Positions 19,448 through 28,140 of a stretch of 64,000 nucleotides of DNA are shown one piece after another. The translations under genes and the position numbers were made by a program. Within the stretch, counting starts at the first letter, position 1. Every line of letters starts with the position of its first letter. Source of the stretch: an uncultured Solirubrobacterales bacterium. GTDB lineage: Bacteria; Actinomycetota; Thermoleophilia; Solirubrobacterales; Solirubrobacteraceae. The notes beneath the pieces were generated by a model, which worked only from the letters and a program-made list of their open reading frames with translations, did not search any database and was not told the DNA's origin. The stretch covers positions 172,797-236,796 of the forward strand of contig CAWGIA010000001.1 of NCBI GenBank assembly GCA_963822535.1. The letters are read 5' to 3'.

Positions 19448-20361
19448 GCCGCGCCCCAGCCATCGGGGAAGTCGACCGGGCCTAGCACCTGCACCTCGGG
19501 CTCGAGCTCGACGCCGAAACGCTCCTTGACCCGTCGGCGTCCTTCCGCCATCAGGGCCACTACGTCGGCCGTGGTGGCACCGCCGAGGTTCTCCACGAAG
19601 TTTGCGTGCTTGGCCGAGAAGCCGGCGTCCCCGAACCGGAGGCCCTGGCAGCCGGCCGCCTGCAGAAGCTGGCCGGCGCTGCGGCCCTCGGCCCTGGGGT
19701 CGGTGGGGTTCTTGAACGTGGAGCCGAACGTCTTGATCCCCGACGGCTGGGCCTCTTTGCGGCGGCTGCGCATGTCAGCCAGGGTCTGCTTGACCTGTTC
19801 GGGCTCCGCCGGCTCGAGCCCGAACGCCGCCCGGGCCACGATCTCGCCCGCCGCGAGGCTGGAGCGCCGGTAGCCGAAGCCGAGCTGCTCCGGCCGGCGG
19901 CGTTCGGTCCCCGACGCATTGACCACGTCGACCCAGTCCAGGGCTCGGGCCAGCTCGCCGCCGTAGGCATTGGCGTTCATCCTCACAGCGCCCCCCACCG
20001 TGCCCGGGATGTTGACGCCGAATTCGATCCCGCTCAATCCCGCTCTGGCCGCGCGCGCGGACACGGCGGGCAGGCGCGCTCCGCCGCCGCAATTGATGCG
20101 CGTCCCGTCGAGTTCGATCTCGCTCAGCTCCTGATCCAGTTTCACGATGAGGCCACTGACACCCTCATCCGCCACGAGGAGGTTCGACCCCGACCCGACT
20201 ACCCCTACCTCGACCTCCTCGGCGCCCGCCCAGGCCAGGATTCGCTCGAGAACGTCAATAGATCCGGCTCTGGCGAAGAGCTCGGCATGCCCGCCGGTGC
20301 GGATCGTCGTCAAGCGGGCCAGCGGGAAGTCTCGCTGGATGCCGTCGGGGAGCTCGGACAC
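19444..20361 (-). CDS. murB: UDP-N-acetylenolpyruvoylglucosamine reductase domain (MurB); reading frame stays open upstream to 21609
   Basis: Contains PLARLTTIRTGGHAE, VVGSGSNLL, GIEFGVNIPGTVGGAVRMNANAYG, PSGIKTFGSTFKNP and FSAKHANFVEN. The GTG at 20359-20361 is only a candidate start with no obvious SD. No stop codon separates it from the DUF559 segment. Confidence 0.85.
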   Translation of the reverse strand: MSELPDGIQRDFPLARLTTIRTGGHAELFARAGSIDVLERILAWAGAEEVEVGVVGSGSNLLVADEGVSGLIVKLDQELSEIELDGTRINCGGGARLPAVSARAARAGLSGIEFGVNIPGTVGGAVRMNANAYGGELARALDWVDVVNASGTERRRPEQLGFGYRRSSLAAGEIVARAAFGLEPAEPEQVKQTLADMRSRRKEAQPSGIKTFGSTFKNPTDPRAEGRSAGQLLQAAGCQGLRFGDAGFSAKHANFVENLGGATTADVVALMAEGRRRVKERFGVELEPEVQVLGPVDFPDGWGAA

Positions 20362-21474
20362 GACAGCGGAGCGTAGAACCCGGTGCGGCGGGCTACCTGA
20401 CTCCGGCCGCGGGAGGGCCGGGTCCTCGGCTAGCCCAGCATGGGCCGCCGCAGCGCCCAGAGCCTGCGCGATCCGGGCCAACACGGCCAGCGGCTCGCGC
20501 TCGAGCTGAAGCCAGGTAACCCGAATCACGCGATACCCGGCAGCCACCAGAACCTGATCGCGACCCCGATCGCGCTCAAACACCCGCCGGTGCCCATGAA
20601 ACGCCGCGCCGTCGACCTCCACCACCAGCCTCTGCGCCCGCCACAGGCAATCCACCTCATACCCCAGCAGGCGCGCGTTCGTCTCTGGCGGTGAGAGCTG
20701 CGCTTGCCGGATCAGCCCCAGCAGCCGTCGCTCCGCCTCCGAACGCGTGAACCCAGACGTGCTCTCAGCGCTAAGCACCCGTCTCATCCGCGCCACACCC
20801 GGGCGAGTCGGGCACCGGACGATCGCAGCCTCGATCTCCGAGTCCCGCACCAGACCGAGCACCCGGGCCTGATTCAGCGCCTGACTCAACGCCTCATCAG
20901 ACACCCGGCTCGCCCAATCGATCAGCGTCCGCGCGGGAGCCGTCACCGGCAAGTTGTCCTTCATCCGGACATCACGCGAGTCAAGAGCACCGACCCGATG
21001 GATCCGGGTGCCCGCCCGAGGCCGGACCCCGCGCCCGACAACCGTCACCTCAACCAGATCCAGTGGCCCGGCCGTGATACCCCACACGGCCGCCGCGGTC
21101 CCGTGGCTGAGCACACAGTCATCGCCCACAGAAAGCAAAACCGCGACCTCAGCCGCCTCCGGCTCCAGTCCCGGATGCCCCACCGCAAACACCGCCGCGA
21201 GGATCGGATGAAGCTTTCCCCCTGCCACCCGCCGAGAGACCGATCCTTGGCTGAACCCAAGCGCCGTCAACTGCCGGCGATGAGCCAACCCGCGCTGGCC
21301 ATCAGCCACCCGCGCCAACCCCCAATCCCCCTCGCCCGACACGTGCAGATCGCAGACAATCCGGATCGGCCGCTCAGCCTTGTTACGAATCGTCCCCTCA
21401 GCAGCAACAACGCGCCAGATCCGATGCCCAAGTTCGGATTGGCGACGAATCGCACGCTCAACACTGCGGGCCAT
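20362..21474 (-). CDS. DUF559 (Vsr/restriction-endonuclease-like) domain protein segment, in frame with murB
   Basis: N-terminal HTH-like region (GLAHRRQLTALGFSQGSVSRRVAGGKLHPI..FAVGH) and a C-terminal DUF559 core (GYEVDCLWRAQRLVVEVDGAAFHGHRRVFERDRGRDQVLVAAGYRVIRVTWLQL). There are many A/T-ending codons, unlike flanking murC. The ATG at 21472-21474 is a possible start. Confidence 0.6.
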
Positions 21475-21577
21475 GCAAGACAAAGCCTCAGGACCCCGAC
21501 TTCCCACCCCCTTCCCCAGCCGATTTTCACGTTTCGGGCCAGATCCAGCGACCGCAGGCCCAGACGCGACCCCGACC

Positions 21578-22915
21578 TCAGGCCACCAACGACCGCGCCA
21601 GCGAGTCAACGTTCCCGGCCCCCATCATCAGGCACACATCTCCATCCCGGAGCGTGCCTCCCAGATACGCCCGCGCCTGGTCAAAGCCGGGCATCCAGGC
21701 CACCAATCGCCCCGGCGCCGCGTCAGCCGCCGCGGCGGCGACGAGATGACCGTCGACCCCGGGGAAGTCCTCCGAGCGCTCGCGCGCCGGGTAGATGGGC
21801 AGCACGACCACCGCGTCGGCTCCGGCCAGCGCGGCGCCAAAGCCTGGCGCCAGCGCGCGAGTGCGTGAGTACAGGTGGGGCTGGAATACAGCCACCAGGC
21901 GGCGGTGGACGAGCGTCCGCATGGCTGCGATGTCCGTCATGACCTCGGTCGGATGGTGGGCGTAGCTGTCGTAGACCGCAGCGCCCGATCTTGTGGCGCC
22001 GAGGCGCTCGAGGCGCCGCCGGGCGCCCTGGAAGTCCGCCAGCGCTGCCGCTGCCCGCGCCGGGTCCGCGCCGGCGAGCGCGCAGGCGGTCAGAGCCCCG
22101 GCGGCGTTGACCGCGTTGTGCGCCCCCGGGATGGCGAGGCTGACTTCGAGCCCACGCCACTGAAATCGGGATCCGTCCGGGCTGAGGGCTGGATCGGGCG
22201 CGTCATACGGCACTCCCCCGCCTGGGCAGAGTGCTCTCAGTGCCGGGCGATCCCAGACCACGGCGCGCTCCCCGGCGCGGGCCATGAAGGTTGCGAACGT
22301 CTCCTCGAGGTCCCGGAGTGACGCGTAGGTCGAGTGATGATCGAGCTCGGCGTTGGTGAGAACGGCGATCTCGGGGTCGAGCTTCAGCAGCGAGCGATCG
22401 GACTCGTCAGCCTCAACCACGATCCACTCCCCCGTTCCCCACCCGGCGTTGGAGCCGGTGGAGCGCAGCTCGCCCCCAACGACGTACGAGGGGTCCAGCC
22501 CCGCGCCCGTGAGCGCCTGGACGGCCATGGCGGCCGTGGTCGTCTTACCGTGGGTGCCGGTCACGGCCAGGCAGCGGCGCATGGCGGCGATCTCGGCCAG
22601 CAGGTCGGCCCGGTGGAGCTCGCGGGCTGCTACTCCGCGCTCAGGGTTCTCGGGCGGGATCGCCGTCGAGTAGACGACCTCGGCGCCGGCGGGGACGTTT
22701 TGGGCTGAATGCCCGACGGTGAACTCGATCCCATGTTCATGCAGACGCTCGGAATACGAGGATTCCGAGCGGTCAGATCCGGTCACTTGGGCGCCGAGCG
22801 CCGAGGCGATCAAGGCCAGGCCGCTCATACCCGCGCCGCCGATGCCGACGAAGTGCAGGCGGCGCCCGGACCATGCCGGGCCAGGCGTCACGGGGCCCAT
22901 TGAGTACCGAAGCAT
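21578..22915 (-). CDS. murC: UDP-N-acetylmuramate--L-alanine ligase
   Basis: Contains HFVGIGGAGMSGLA and VTGTHGKTTT (P-loop) with a Mur ligase middle and C-terminal domain pattern. The Met at 22900 is an alternative start. Confidence 0.9.
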   Translation of the reverse strand: MLRYSMGPVTPGPAWSGRRLHFVGIGGAGMSGLALIASALGAQVTGSDRSESSYSERLHEHGIEFTVGHSAQNVPAGAEVVYSTAIPPENPERGVAARELHRADLLAEIAAMRRCLAVTGTHGKTTTAAMAVQALTGAGLDPSYVVGGELRSTGSNAGWGTGEWIVVEADESDRSLLKLDPEIAVLTNAELDHHSTYASLRDLEETFATFMARAGERAVVWDRPALRALCPGGGVPYDAPDPALSPDGSRFQWRGLEVSLAIPGAHNAVNAAGALTACALAGADPARAAAALADFQGARRRLERLGATRSGAAVYDSYAHHPTEVMTDIAAMRTLVHRRLVAVFQPHLYSRTRALAPGFGAALAGADAVVVLPIYPARERSEDFPGVDGHLVAAAAADAAPGRLVAWMPGFDQARAYLGGTLRDGDVCLMMGAGNVDSLARSLVA

Positions 22916-22947
22916 CGAACCATCAGTTCATGTAATGATGCCGCGCA

Positions 22948-24192
22948 ATGCTGAAGCGAGGCCTCATGGCGTCGCTGGCAGGGTTGGTTGCCGCCGGGGG
23001 GTGGATACAGCTGTGCACCACACCGCTTGCCAGCGCATCACCACTGGCATACCCGGCTCAGCAATGTTCGGACCACTTTCCGGGGCGACGGAATAGTGCG
23101 AATCCGCTCGACCTGCGCCGGGCGCCTGGTCGCGATCCCCTGCGGGGCGCGCGCTTCTTCATCGACGGGCCGGCCCACGGCGCGGCCGCCAGCGCGATCG
23201 CCCGGGCGGTCGGCATCGACCCCCGCCGGCTGCCCGATCGTGAGTCCTGGGCGACGTTTGCGAGGCGGCTGCACCGTGGGCGCCTGAGGCGCGAGCTTCG
23301 CCGCCACCCGGGCCTCGCGTTCCGGGTCCGCGAGCTCTCGAAGATCGCCCGCGAGCCCGAGGTGCAGCGCATCAGCGCCTATTCGGGTGGAGGCGGCCCA
23401 GGCGCGATCTACCAGCAAACCGAGAAGATTCTGTGCCGCAACATGACCGCCGATCGAGGCTCGATCCCGATCCTGAATACGTATTTCCTTCACCCGGCGG
23501 CGGGTACCTGCCCCGCCCCGGGGGCGCTCGCCGCGGCCGGTCCGGTGTTCCGCCGGCGCGTAAACGAGCTCGCCGAGGCTGTAGCTCGCCGGCCGGCGGT
23601 GTTCCTGCTCGAGACCGATGGCATCGGGAGCTCCAGGTGCATCCACCATGTCGGTTCGCTGCCGATCTGGGAGGCCTATCTGCGCTACGAGATCAGGAAG
23701 ATCTCCTCCCTGCCTCACTCGGTGGTGTACGTGGAGGGCGGATATTCGGACTCCAATCCGCCCGGGTACACCGCCCGGGTCCTGAAGGCGATCGGGATCC
23801 GAAGAATTCGTGGTTTTTACACGAACGACACCCATGAGAACTGGACGATCAGGGAAGTTAGGTGGGCAATGAAGATCTCACGGCTCACCCACGGAGCCCA
23901 CTTCATCGTCAACACAGCGCAGAATGGCCGTGGGCCGCTGCTGAATCGACATCCCGCCGTCGAGGGCGTGGAGGATCTGTGTAACCCGCCGCGGCGCGGA
24001 CTCGGTCCCAGACCGACCACGCACACCGGGTTCAGGCGGGCGGATGCCTGGCTGTGGTCCTCGCCTCCAGGCAACAGCAGCGGCTGCGGAGGGGGGCCTC
24101 CGGGGGGAACCTTCTGGCCCGCGCGCGCCGTACAGCTGGCCGCGCTGGCCAACGACCGTCTAGGACCGAAGTACCCGAGTAGACCGTATTAG
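22948..24192 (+). CDS. secreted glycoside hydrolase family 6-like protein (divergent catalytic motifs)
   Basis: Signal-peptide-like N-terminus. Blocks align by eye to GH6: IPILNTYFLHPAAGTC (cf VxYxxPxRDC), AVFLLETDGIGS (cf IEPDSL), VYVEGGYS (cf YxDAGH), GFYTNDTHENWT, HFIVNTAQNGRGP, and DAWLWSSPPGNSSG (cf LWxKxPGESDG). Confidence 0.5.
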   Translation: MLKRGLMASLAGLVAAGGWIQLCTTPLASASPLAYPAQQCSDHFPGRRNSANPLDLRRAPGRDPLRGARFFIDGPAHGAAASAIARAVGIDPRRLPDRESWATFARRLHRGRLRRELRRHPGLAFRVRELSKIAREPEVQRISAYSGGGGPGAIYQQTEKILCRNMTADRGSIPILNTYFLHPAAGTCPAPGALAAAGPVFRRRVNELAEAVARRPAVFLLETDGIGSSRCIHHVGSLPIWEAYLRYEIRKISSLPHSVVYVEGGYSDSNPPGYTARVLKAIGIRRIRGFYTNDTHENWTIREVRWAMKISRLTHGAHFIVNTAQNGRGPLLNRHPAVEGVEDLCNPPRRGLGPRPTTHTGFRRADAWLWSSPPGNSSGCGGGPPGGTFWPARAVQLAALANDRLGPKYPSRPY

Positions 24193-24284
24193 CGACCCGT
24201 AGGTAGCAACCCGTAGGTAGCGACCCGTGGTGGTAGCGAGCCGTAATAACGCGCCGTCTTAGCGAGCCGTAGTAGCGATCTGCG
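24190..24284 (+). repeat. degenerate tandem array of TAGCGAnCCGTAG-like units (6 copies)
   Basis: The units are TAGCGACCCGTAGG, TAGCAACCCGTAGG, TAGCGACCCGTGGTGG, TAGCGAGCCGTAA..., TAGCGAGCCGTAG and TAGCGATCTGCG. The array starts at the stop codon of the first GH6-like gene. Confidence 0.7.
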
Positions 24285-24380
24285 TCCAGGAAATTGGACA
24301 CGAACGGGCCCCCCGTCCAAAAAAGCTGGACACCTAGGCCAATTACTTGAGCGACCGTCCAACACTCCGATGAATGGAGC

Positions 24381-25712
24381 ATGAACTTCGTCAGCCTCAC
24401 ACTCAACGTTCGGAAGCGGGCAACCCTTCTCGGGGCTGTCCTTCTCGCTGTCATCGCCGCCATCGCAGTCGCGTTTGCCGGAACATCAACGGCCGCCACT
24501 CGCGACCCGATCGCCCACGCCGACTCGAACCCGATCGCCCACGCCGACTCGAACCCGATCGCCCACGCCGCGGGGCAGGGACGGTGCGATCAGCAATATC
24601 CGGCGCAGCGTGACCCCTCGAACCCGCTTGACCTCGCGGTTGCGCCGGGCTCGGACCCCCTGAACGGAGCCAACTTCTTCGTTGACGGCCCGGCCCATGG
24701 CGCCGCAGCGCAAGTTATCGCGCACCTCCTCGGCCTCAATCCGAGCAACCTTCCGGTGGACGAGTCCTGGAACAGCTTCGAGAACCAGTTCCAGTCAGGC
24801 GCGCTGACCGGCCGCATGGCCCATCACCCGGGTGTGGCCCATGAGGTCGACGAGCTTTCGAAGATCGCCTCCCAGCCCGAAGCTCAGCGGATCAGCATGT
24901 ACTCGGGTGGCGGCGGCCCCGGAGCCATCTACGCTCAGGTGACCAAGATTCTCTGCCGCAACATGCAGGCCGACTCCGGAACGGTCCCGATTATCAACAC
25001 CTACTTCCTGCATCCCGCGCTTGGTGGCTGCCCCACGCCGGCCGAGGTTCGTGCCTACAACCCGGTCTTCCACCGGCGCATCGATGAGATGGCGGCCGCT
25101 ACCGGCCGGCACCCCGCGGTGTACCTGCTCGAGCTCGACGCTCTGGGTTCATCCAGCTGCGTCACAAAGATGGGCTCAATGCCCGGATGGGAAGCAGACC
25201 TCCGCTACGAGATCAACAAGATGCGCGCTCTCCCGCACACGGTGGTCTACGTCGAGGCCGGATACTCGGACTCCAACAGCGTGCGCTACACGGCGCGGAT
25301 CCTGAACGCGATTGGAATCCAGAAGATTCGCGGCTTCTTCACCAATGACACGCACGAGAACTGGACCAGCAAAGAGGTCAAGTGGGCGACCAAGATCTCC
25401 AAGCTCACCCACGGCGCCCACTTCATCGTCAACACCTCCGACAACGGCCAGGGACCGCTGCTGAACAAGCACCCCCGCACCCAGGGCGTTGAGGATCTGT
25501 GCAACCCGCCCGGCCGCGGACTTGGTCCGATGGACACCACGCACACGGGCTTCACGTACGCCGACGGGTTCCTGTGGACCCACCCGCCCGGAAACAGCAG
25601 CGGGTGCGGCGGTGGCCCCCCCGGTGGCACGTTCTACACATCGCGCGCCATCAGCGAGGCCGTCCACGCCAATCAGCAGCTTGGCCCCGGTTACCCAAGC
25701 CGTCCTTACTGA
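24381..25712 (+). CDS. secreted GH6-like protein, paralog of 22948-24192
   Basis: Same conserved blocks as the upstream paralog (ILCRNM, NTYFLHPA, LLELDALGS, THGAHFIVNT, PPGNSSGCGGGPPGGTF). Signal peptide followed by a (PIAHADSN) repeat. Confidence 0.5.
   Translation: MNFVSLTLNVRKRATLLGAVLLAVIAAIAVAFAGTSTAATRDPIAHADSNPIAHADSNPIAHAAGQGRCDQQYPAQRDPSNPLDLAVAPGSDPLNGANFFVDGPAHGAAAQVIAHLLGLNPSNLPVDESWNSFENQFQSGALTGRMAHHPGVAHEVDELSKIASQPEAQRISMYSGGGGPGAIYAQVTKILCRNMQADSGTVPIINTYFLHPALGGCPTPAEVRAYNPVFHRRIDEMAAATGRHPAVYLLELDALGSSSCVTKMGSMPGWEADLRYEINKMRALPHTVVYVEAGYSDSNSVRYTARILNAIGIQKIRGFFTNDTHENWTSKEVKWATKISKLTHGAHFIVNTSDNGQGPLLNKHPRTQGVEDLCNPPGRGLGPMDTTHTGFTYADGFLWTHPPGNSSGCGGGPPGGTFYTSRAISEAVHANQQLGPGYPSRPY
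24506..24570 (+). repeat. 24-bp in-frame tandem repeat x2.7 (PIAHADSN)
   Basis: cccgatcgcccacgccgactcgaa is repeated perfectly at 24506-24529 and 24530-24553, with a partial third copy. Confidence 0.9.
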
Positions 25713-25766
25713 TCGAAACAGTTTCTGCGCCGCTGGCTGAAACCGCCGCGACGCAGGTCTTTGGCC

Positions 25767-25797
25767 CCGGGGTCGTCCGCTAAGCGGGCGGCCCCGG
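25767..25797. terminator. stem-loop between convergent genes (14-bp stem with two G-U pairs, loop TAA)
   Basis: ccggggtcgtccgc-taa-gcgggcggccccgg, followed by ttcccgttcc. It lies between the GH6-like paralog 2 stop (25712) and the acetyltransferase stop (25811). Confidence 0.45.
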
Positions 25798-25810
25798 TTC
25801 CCGTTCCGGG

Positions 25811-26278
25811 TCAGACCTCGGAGCCGGTGCCCGCGTGTCTGATCACTCGGGCGGGATTGCCCACCACCACGGCACCGGGCGGCACATCGGCGATGACCAC
25901 GGCTCCCGCCCCGACCATCGCCTCTTCGCCAACCGTGAGTCCCGGCAGGATCACGGCGCCAGCTCCGATGCTGGCCCCGCGACACAACGTGGTCAGGAGA
26001 AGCTCGAACGGCTGTCGGCTGCGGGGGAAGCGGTCATTCGTGAACGTGGCCTGAGGCCCGATGAAGACGTCATCCTCGACGCGCAGGCCGTCCCACAGAT
26101 AGACCCCGGACTTGATCGTGACGCGATCACCAACGATTACGTCACCCTCGATGAAGGTGTGGTCACAGACGTTGCAATCGCGCCCGATCACCGCACCCTT
26201 CATGACATGAGCGAAGGCCCAGATACGAGTGCCGGCGCCGATCGTGTCGCTCTCCACAAGCGCCTGCTCGTGGATCAT
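25811..26278 (-). CDS. left-handed beta-helix sugar N-acetyltransferase (WbpD/WlbB-like)
   Basis: 155 aa with hexapeptide repeats ([55 protein letters not shown]). Its ATG overlaps the stop of the BY-kinase gene. Confidence 0.75.
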   Translation of the reverse strand: MIHEQALVESDTIGAGTRIWAFAHVMKGAVIGRDCNVCDHTFIEGDVIVGDRVTIKSGVYLWDGLRVEDDVFIGPQATFTNDRFPRSRQPFELLLTTLCRGASIGAGAVILPGLTVGEEAMVGAGAVVIADVPPGAVVVGNPARVIRHAGTGSEV

Positions 26279-27996
26279 CGCGGGCTGCGGGACCGAGCCT
26301 TGCGGGTGCGAGTCGTGGTCGCGGGGAGCTTCGGCGGGGCGGAAGTCTCGGTCTCCGGCGTCGATGCCTGGGTCGAGTCAGAGTCACCGTTGCTCGACGT
26401 TGTCGGCGGGGCTGGAGGCGACCCGTATGCGTAGTTGTAGCCGCCGCGATACGACGTCGCCGCGGAGCGGCGCACACCGTTGGCGACGATTCCCAGGACG
26501 GGAGCCCGGAGCCTCGTGAGCTGCTGACGCAACGCCCGGGCGGCCTCGCGGCTGCTCTTACCGATACGGCTGACAACGATCACCCCATCCACCTTGGTCA
26601 CGAGCGGCACGGCATCAGCGATCAACGTGAGTGGCGGCGTGTCAACGACCACGAGGTCGTAGCTGGCGCGAGCCTCTTGGAGCAGCGACTCCATCGCCTG
26701 GCTCTCGATCAGCTCGCCCGGATTCGGCGGAGGGATCTCGCCGGAGGCAAGCACGTCCAGTGATACCCCGGGGGCAATTTCGATCGCGTGCGTCGCGAAC
26801 TCCATCGTCACGTCACCGATCAGCACACCGGAAAGACCGGGGTCGACGCGCCCCACGACCGATTCGATCATCGAGCGGCGACGCAGGTCACCCTCGATCA
26901 GGAGCACGCGGGAGCCCAGGGCCGCTGAGGCCTTGGCCAGGTTGTAGCTGACAGTTGTCTTGCCTTCACCCGGGCCGGCCGAGATCACCAGCAGCGTCCG
27001 GATGTCTCGGTCAACCGCGAAGTGGCGTAGATGCGATCGGAGGAGATTGAAGACCTCGTCGTACAGCACCGGCGTCCCGGCACCCTTCCCGCCCAGAGCG
27101 CGCAGGACGGTGTACTGGGCGCGCTCGGGCACGGTGGCAAGCAGCGGGAGCTCGTAGATCGCCTCGAGCTCCGAGACGTCCCGGATTCGCCGGTCGGTCC
27201 GTTCCAGCAGGAGGGCCAGGGCAAGCCCGATCAACAGACCGAGGATCGCACCGAGAGCGGCATCACGCGTCACCTTGGGCGAGGAGGCCGAGGACGGCCG
27301 GCCCGCCTGGCCCGCGACTGTCACATTCCCCGTCTGCAGCTTGGCCAGGAGGGCCAAGGCCTGGGCGCGCTCAGCCAGTGCCAACCCCTGCGGCTGAGCC
27401 TGCTGCTGTGGCGTGAGCGCCTTGAACTGCGCATTGACGAGCGCTACGGCGGACGAGATCTGTGACTGACTCTGCTTCAGCTGCTCGTTGACGAACACAC
27501 TGGAGTAGGTGTTCGCGATCTTCTGCGCCAATGCGGGCGAGCCCGCGGTCGCGGAGACGGTGACGATGCTCGTGTCACTGTCGGGCGCGACGGCGATGTC
27601 GCCCCTGACCATGCCGGTCGTCCAATGCGGGCCAAGCGCCGTCGCCGTCTGGCTGGCGACGTTGCCGAGCTGAACCAGCCGGACGTTGGTGTCCTGCTGG
27701 GCCTGGCTGGTCGTCTGATCCACGGGGGTCAGACCAGTGGCCACAGCAGCGGTCTCATTGGTTGAGAACAGCAGCGAAGCGCTGGCGGTGTACGACGGCG
27801 TCTCGCCCTTGGCGAAGGCATACGCGCTCGCCGCAACGATCACCATGCACAGCAAGACCAGCGGAGCGCGACGGCGCAGCATCCGCTCAAAATTGATCGT
27901 GCTAGTCGGCTCTTGGTTCAAGTATTTCTCGCGCTGCGCGGCGCCCTCACCGCACCCGCCCTCTGGGTACGGCTTCCACCCGGCAGAAGGGCCCAT
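26275..27996 (-). CDS. polysaccharide co-polymerase / tyrosine autokinase (Wzz domain + BY-kinase)
   Basis: N-terminal TM, a periplasmic coiled region, a second TM, then Walker [11 protein letters not shown], Walker A' LLIEGDLRR and Walker [10 protein letters not shown]-terminal Tyr cluster [10 protein letters not shown]. Start is uncertain (27921 or 27882 also possible). Confidence 0.8.
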   Translation of the reverse strand: MGPSAGWKPYPEGGCGEGAAQREKYLNQEPTSTINFERMLRRRAPLVLLCMVIVAASAYAFAKGETPSYTASASLLFSTNETAAVATGLTPVDQTTSQAQQDTNVRLVQLGNVASQTATALGPHWTTGMVRGDIAVAPDSDTSIVTVSATAGSPALAQKIANTYSSVFVNEQLKQSQSQISSAVALVNAQFKALTPQQQAQPQGLALAERAQALALLAKLQTGNVTVAGQAGRPSSASSPKVTRDAALGAILGLLIGLALALLLERTDRRIRDVSELEAIYELPLLATVPERAQYTVLRALGGKGAGTPVLYDEVFNLLRSHLRHFAVDRDIRTLLVISAGPGEGKTTVSYNLAKASAALGSRVLLIEGDLRRRSMIESVVGRVDPGLSGVLIGDVTMEFATHAIEIAPGVSLDVLASGEIPPPNPGELIESQAMESLLQEARASYDLVVVDTPPLTLIADAVPLVTKVDGVIVVSRIGKSSREAARALRQQLTRLRAPVLGIVANGVRRSAATSYRGGYNYAYGSPPAPPTTSSNGDSDSTQASTPETETSAPPKLPATTTRTRKARSRSPR

Positions 27997-28140
27997 CCAT
28001 GGACGTAAACGACCCTAGCACAATCCCCCCAGTGCTCCTGGGCCATTTCGTGCGCGTCTGGACGCTCGTTCAGGGTATCCTGAGGGTGTCAACGGGTTCG
28101 GCAAGAGGCCAGCCCGACACCAGGCACGAGGAGTCCAGGG

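Noticed and set aside
20704-21942. 412-aa Pro/Arg/His-rich ORF antisense to the DUF559 segment and murC
   Set aside because: Low-complexity translation. It merely reflects the compositional skew of the DUF559 coding strand. The opposite strand carries recognisable domains.
24190-24284. CRISPR array or other repeat-spacer structure (also considered for 44047-44118 and 40643-40712)
   Set aside because: The units are 14-24 nt, contiguous or nearly so, with no unique spacers of CRISPR size, no cas genes, and two of the three lie inside or abutting coding sequence.
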